A stretch of DNA of 64,000 nt. Origin: an uncultured bacterium (lineage in GTDB: Bacteria > Chloroflexota > UBA5177 > JANWHV01). Below the pieces are notes generated by a model. It was not told the origin of the DNA and did no database searches. It saw only the letters and a list, made by a program, of their open reading frames with translations. The stretch lies in the NCBI GenBank assembly GCA_963729625.1, contig CAVSOU010000010.1, forward strand, positions 448,001-512,000, given 5' to 3'. Below are positions 60,280 to 64,000 of this stretch, one piece after another (positions within the stretch are counted from its first letter, which is position 1; the number at the start of each line of letters is the position of its first letter). The translations under genes and the position numbers were made by a program.

Positions 60280-61731
60280 ATGGCCACCTTCCGAGCTCAG
60301 GGCTTGACCTATGATGACGTGCTGTTGATGCCCAAGCGCAGCGGCATCGCATCGCGCCGCAACGTGAGCACCGCCGCTCAACTATCGCGCGGCCTGAGCC
60401 TGGACATTCCGATAGTAAGCGCAAACATGGATACCGTCACTGAGGCCCCAATGGCAATTGCTATGGCCAGGCAGGGTGGCATCGGCATCATCCATCGCTT
60501 CATGTCCATCGAACACGAAGTGCGTGAGATTCATCAAGTCAAGCGCGCGCAGGGCGCCGTGGTCGAGCAACCATACACGATCCTGGCCAATCAAACCCTG
60601 GCTGAAGCGCGCCGGCTCATGAGCGAGAACAGCGTTACTGGCCTGCTGGTGCTTGACGATCGCGAGCACCTCGTGGGCATACTCACGGCCCGCGATGTGC
60701 GTTTCGCGACCGACGCCACGATCCTGATCGGTTCGCTGATGACGCCACAGGAACGTCTGGTCACCGCGCGTCCCGGGATCGAATCCGATCGAGCACGCGC
60801 GATTCTCGACGAGCACAAGATTGAGAAGCTTCCCCTCGTCGACGAAAGCGGCAAGCTGCGCGGCCTGATCACCAGCCGGGATCTCATGCAAACGAACCGG
60901 TTTGGTGTCTCGGCGCGTGATTCAAAGGGTCGACTCCTCGTCGGAGCCGCCATAGGCGTGGTCGGCGACTATCTGGAGCGAGCACAAGCGTTGCACAGTG
61001 CAGGCGCGGACACGCTGGTTATTGATATTGCACACGGCCATTCCGATAACGTCATCAATGCGATTCGGGCAATCAAGCGGTCCATGTCTGACGTGAATCT
61101 GATCGCCGGCAACGTGGCCACGGCCGAGGGAACACGCGACCTGATCGCGGAGGGGGTTGACGCCGTGAAAGTGGGCGTGGGACCGGGTTCGATTTGCACC
61201 ACGCGCATTGTCACCGGCTTCGGCGTTCCGCAGCTAACGGCCGTGCTGGAGTGCGCCGCGGAGTCGGCGAAACATGGCATTCCCGTTATCGCCGACGGCG
61301 GTGTCAAGGCTTCCGGCGACATCACAAAGGCGCTGGCCGCGGGCGCAGGTACGGTGATGATCGGCAATCTGCTTGCCGGCACCCGTGAGAGCCCGGGCTA
61401 CACGGTGCTGCGCAATGGGCAGCGCTTCAAGATCAGTCGTGGCATGGCCTCACTGAGCGCGACTATCGGGCGGCACGAGCGCGAGGCGCCCGAACAGCAG
61501 GTCGGCGATGAGGGCTTCAACGAGGTCGTACCCGAAGGCGTGGAGGCAGTCGTGCCATTCCGCGGCGACGTAACCGACGTCATCTATCAACTGGTGGGCG
61601 GCGTCCGTTCTGGAATGAGCTACTGCGGCGCGCACACGCTTCCCGAGCTGCGGGAGAACGCCGAATTCGTTCCGATCACGGGAGCGGGCATGCGTGAGAG
61701 CATGCCACATGATGTGCACGTTCTGGCTTGA
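60280..61731 (+). CDS. guaB: IMP dehydrogenase (with CBS pair)
   Basis: [49 protein letters not shown]. Confidence 0.95.
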   Translation: MATFRAQGLTYDDVLLMPKRSGIASRRNVSTAAQLSRGLSLDIPIVSANMDTVTEAPMAIAMARQGGIGIIHRFMSIEHEVREIHQVKRAQGAVVEQPYTILANQTLAEARRLMSENSVTGLLVLDDREHLVGILTARDVRFATDATILIGSLMTPQERLVTARPGIESDRARAILDEHKIEKLPLVDESGKLRGLITSRDLMQTNRFGVSARDSKGRLLVGAAIGVVGDYLERAQALHSAGADTLVIDIAHGHSDNVINAIRAIKRSMSDVNLIAGNVATAEGTRDLIAEGVDAVKVGVGPGSICTTRIVTGFGVPQLTAVLECAAESAKHGIPVIADGGVKASGDITKALAAGAGTVMIGNLLAGTRESPGYTVLRNGQRFKISRGMASLSATIGRHEREAPEQQVGDEGFNEVVPEGVEAVVPFRGDVTDVIYQLVGGVRSGMSYCGAHTLPELRENAEFVPITGAGMRESMPHDVHVLA

Positions 61732-61761
61732 ATCGAAAGGCAAAGGTGCTGGGAACGATTA

Positions 61762-61786
61762 CGTGCGCCGCTGACGGCGGCGCACG
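61762..61786. terminator. Hairpin between convergent genes
   Basis: CGTGCGCCGC-TGACG-GCGGCGCACG. Confidence 0.5.
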
Positions 61787-61957
61787 CTGGCGTGTGTTCG
61801 AAGCGCCAGGGTAACGCTTCCTCGGCAATCTATTGCGATGGCTTTTCCCGGGTACGCATGCCGGTTCTGCACGCATGTTCATAGGATCGGTGCGAGCATT
61901 TGTGGCCTCCCACGGCAACTCCCTCGAACAACTGTCAGCCACGAATCAGGCGAATAT

Positions 61958-63397
61958 TCAGAATCGTGCCGTGCCCGATCGATTTAGTGATTCCAGGAGC
62001 GCCACCGCTTCGTTCACGGAAATCTTGCCGGCCTGCAGATTCTCGAGAATCGCCAGTCGAGGATTGCCACCCGAGAACTCAGGTGATGGGCCCGCGTCCG
62101 GCGAAGTCATCGGAGTCTGTTTGCTCGGCGCCACCTCCGAGAAAGGCGCGTTCGGCGCCGGGAACTCCGCGGAAGCCTGGGCAGGGACATGGAACTCAGA
62201 CGCGCCTGGAGGAAACGCTGGATTGGGCGCCGAGAACGGTCTGGGAGGCTGCGGCGCTACGGGGAACTGTGGCGCGCTGGGTTTGTTGGGCGGCTCCGGC
62301 GATGGCTGCTGGGAGAACCATGCAGCGCTAGGGCTGCCGTCTGCGTTCGCCGAATGCTTCTTAATCGAGATATCGCCGCTGCCGGTGCGCAGCTCGACGT
62401 CGATTGAGCTGTTCCCGATGTTTCCCACGTAGCGGCCACCGTTTCCCGCGTATCGTCCCTGCTTGCCGACGCCGACGAGTGGATACTCTGACTTGACCTC
62501 GCCATTTCGAGTGATGACCTGCAGACGCGCGCCCGGAGGATCCGCGATGGCGACCGTGAGGTCTCCGTGACCCGTGGAAAGCTGGTGGCGCGGCCCGCTC
62601 AGCAAGCTCAAGCAGTCAATATCTCCAGACCCAGAATGCACCGAGAGCCGATGAAGCGAGCCGCGATCCACTGCGATATCGCCAGCGCCGGTCACGACCT
62701 CCAACGACGCTTCACCTCCGATCCGAATATCGACGTCTCCTGCTCCGGACCGCACGTTCCACGCACCGGCGATATCGTCAGCTCTGATGTCGCCTGAGCC
62801 GGTCTGCACTGCGCCGCCTTCATCGCAACCCTTGATCGCTGCATCGCCGGCCCCGGTGTGTGCCGTGATCGGCCCGGCAAAGCGGTCGACACTCAAGTCG
62901 CCCATACCGGTAGACGCTTGCAGGCTTCCAGCGCCTCCCTTGACCTCAATCTCGCCCTTACTCGTGTGCACCGTGCAGTTGCCTGAAAGGTCCTCCACCA
63001 GGACATCGCCCATGCCAGTGGATACGACCAGATCGGGCAGCTCAAGCGTCGCGGGAACGCCGACGTGCAGGTGGGCCGAGCCGAAGCCGCTGAAGTTGAT
63101 ATCGACTGCGAGTATCGATTCTACCGCGCTGCTCACCATCTCCCCGATTGCCGCACCGAAGTTCGAACCCTCCGCGGAGAACATGAGCGGCGGTTTGACT
63201 CGAGACCGAGGTCGCTGACCAGATCCTCCGGATCGTATATGCACGGCGTTCGCCTCACGCTCGACCGATATCGGGCTATCGGATTCGACCAGAATAGAGT
63301 CGCCCCCAATGCGGCGGACGTCAACGTCCCCCCGGGGAACGCGCACCTCCAGGCGACGGACACCATCGATCAAGATCGACTCATTGAACTCGCTCAT
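61958..63397 (-). CDS. DUF4097 beta-strand repeat protein with C-terminal SHOCT-like helix
   Basis: Repeated T/SGxGD motifs; RLAILENLQAGKISVNEAVALLESL. Confidence 0.85.
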   Translation of the reverse strand: MSEFNESILIDGVRRLEVRVPRGDVDVRRIGGDSILVESDSPISVEREANAVHIRSGGSGQRPRSRVKPPLMFSAEGSNFGAAIGEMVSSAVESILAVDINFSGFGSAHLHVGVPATLELPDLVVSTGMGDVLVEDLSGNCTVHTSKGEIEVKGGAGSLQASTGMGDLSVDRFAGPITAHTGAGDAAIKGCDEGGAVQTGSGDIRADDIAGAWNVRSGAGDVDIRIGGEASLEVVTGAGDIAVDRGSLHRLSVHSGSGDIDCLSLLSGPRHQLSTGHGDLTVAIADPPGARLQVITRNGEVKSEYPLVGVGKQGRYAGNGGRYVGNIGNSSIDVELRTGSGDISIKKHSANADGSPSAAWFSQQPSPEPPNKPSAPQFPVAPQPPRPFSAPNPAFPPGASEFHVPAQASAEFPAPNAPFSEVAPSKQTPMTSPDAGPSPEFSGGNPRLAILENLQAGKISVNEAVALLESLNRSGTARF

Positions 63398-63398
63398 C

Positions 63399-63776
63399 TC
63401 ACTGCTTCTCCTCACTCAAGGCACCGAGCAATTCCAGCGCTTCGCTCGCCGAGACTTCTCCGGCGGCCACACGCTGCAAGATGATGTCGCGAGCGCTCGG
63501 CAAAGCCGTAGGCTCGGGCTGCTGCAACGCGCGGATAACCTCTTCAAGCTTGTTCCGGACGGTGGGGTACGAGATCCCCAGCGCTTTCTCCATTTCCGAG
63601 AGATTTCCCCTGCGTTGGACGAACAGCCGCAGGAACGTTGCCTGCTCGTCTGTCAGCCTGCAGAAGTCGCACTGGCGGAATCGGCCGGATATGGTCGTGC
63701 CGCAGCCCTCGCATGTAAGTCCAGATACTACGAGCGGGCTGCCGCAACACGGGCACGCCTCCAACTGCTTGTGCAT
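63399..63776 (-). CDS. DUF2089 protein (Zn ribbon + HTH + SHOCT-like)
   Basis: CPCCG..C..C.T.ISGRF, RGNLSEMEKALGISYPTVRNKL, ILQRVAAGEVSASEA; AGGAGG SD. Confidence 0.9.
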   Translation of the reverse strand: MHKQLEACPCCGSPLVVSGLTCEGCGTTISGRFRQCDFCRLTDEQATFLRLFVQRRGNLSEMEKALGISYPTVRNKLEEVIRALQQPEPTALPSARDIILQRVAAGEVSASEALELLGALSEEKQ

Positions 63777-63795
63777 CCGAAACCTCCTGAATGCA

Positions 63796-63824
63796 AGAAT
63801 AGACCAAATACTTGATAATGTCAA
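63796..63824 (-). promoter_or_regulatory. sigma70 promoter TTGACA-17-TATTCT with overlapping TTGA-N5-TCAA inverted repeat
   Basis: Seen directly upstream of the DUF2089 gene in an AT-rich stretch. Confidence 0.7.
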
Positions 63825-63864
63825 TGGAGAACTTAAATATACTTATTATTTGATCGAGGAGATG

Positions 63865-63920
63865 CGTGCGGATCCGCACGGATCACGATGACCCCACGGC
63901 GATCGCCGTGGGGTCATCGT
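63865..63920. repeat. Two adjacent perfect palindromes (16 bp and 36 bp)
   Basis: CGTGCGGATCCGCACG and ACGATGACCCCACGGCGATCGCCGTGGGGTCATCGT. Confidence 0.85.
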
Positions 63921-63943
63921 AAAAAGTCCAGGGATTAGAGACG

Positions 63944-64000
63944 CTAGAGCTGTCCGAGCTCCGTGATCACGCGTTCGTAGGCGTGGAGAAAATCGCGCTT
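63944..64000 (-). CDS. 3' end of an unidentified gene (..KRDFLHAYERVITELGQL*)
   Basis: Open frame from the window edge to TAG at 63944-63946. Confidence 0.45.
   Translation of the reverse strand, partial: KRDFLHAYERVITELGQL

Noticed and set aside
60140-60280. Purine riboswitch upstream of guaB
   Set aside because: No aptamer consensus; the leader after the extended -10 is too short.

Overview
GC-rich bacterial chromosomal segment, most consistent with a Chloroflexota-like monoderm (inferred from the large Alu-type SRP RNA, a GAAC/GTAC-N4-GTTC LexA-type box, DUF2089/DUF4097/DUF2085 genes and CCG-type Sdh). It is mostly core genes: fba, ychF, meaB, polA, gabT, icd, sdhAB plus a CCG subunit, parB, nadD, ffs, dnaX-ybaB-recR, rpsA, clpC, radA, two tRNA-Ser, fabF-accB-fabH, lpdA, nth and guaB. 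It also has a small accessory islet (methyltransferase, ParDE toxin-antitoxin pair, transposase remnant) and several membrane glycosylation genes. No CRISPR array, rRNA or prophage was seen. The most notable observations are: (1) an intact biotin carboxylase-BCCP fusion whose catalytic residues are replaced while the biotinylation site is kept, coupled to a small epsilon/delta-like ORF and near meaB; (2) a chromosomal RecT/Rad52-like annealing protein behind a sigma70 promoter with a LexA-type operator; (3) an Mrp/ApbC that has lost its C-terminal CxxC but carries an N-terminal CxxC DUF1858 domain; (4) nadD apparently starting at ACG; (5) an SRP RNA whose helix-8 tip is one base pair short; (6) a type-E-like Sdh; (7) a frameshifted DUF2085 gene. 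All family assignments come from motif recognition by eye, with no database search.
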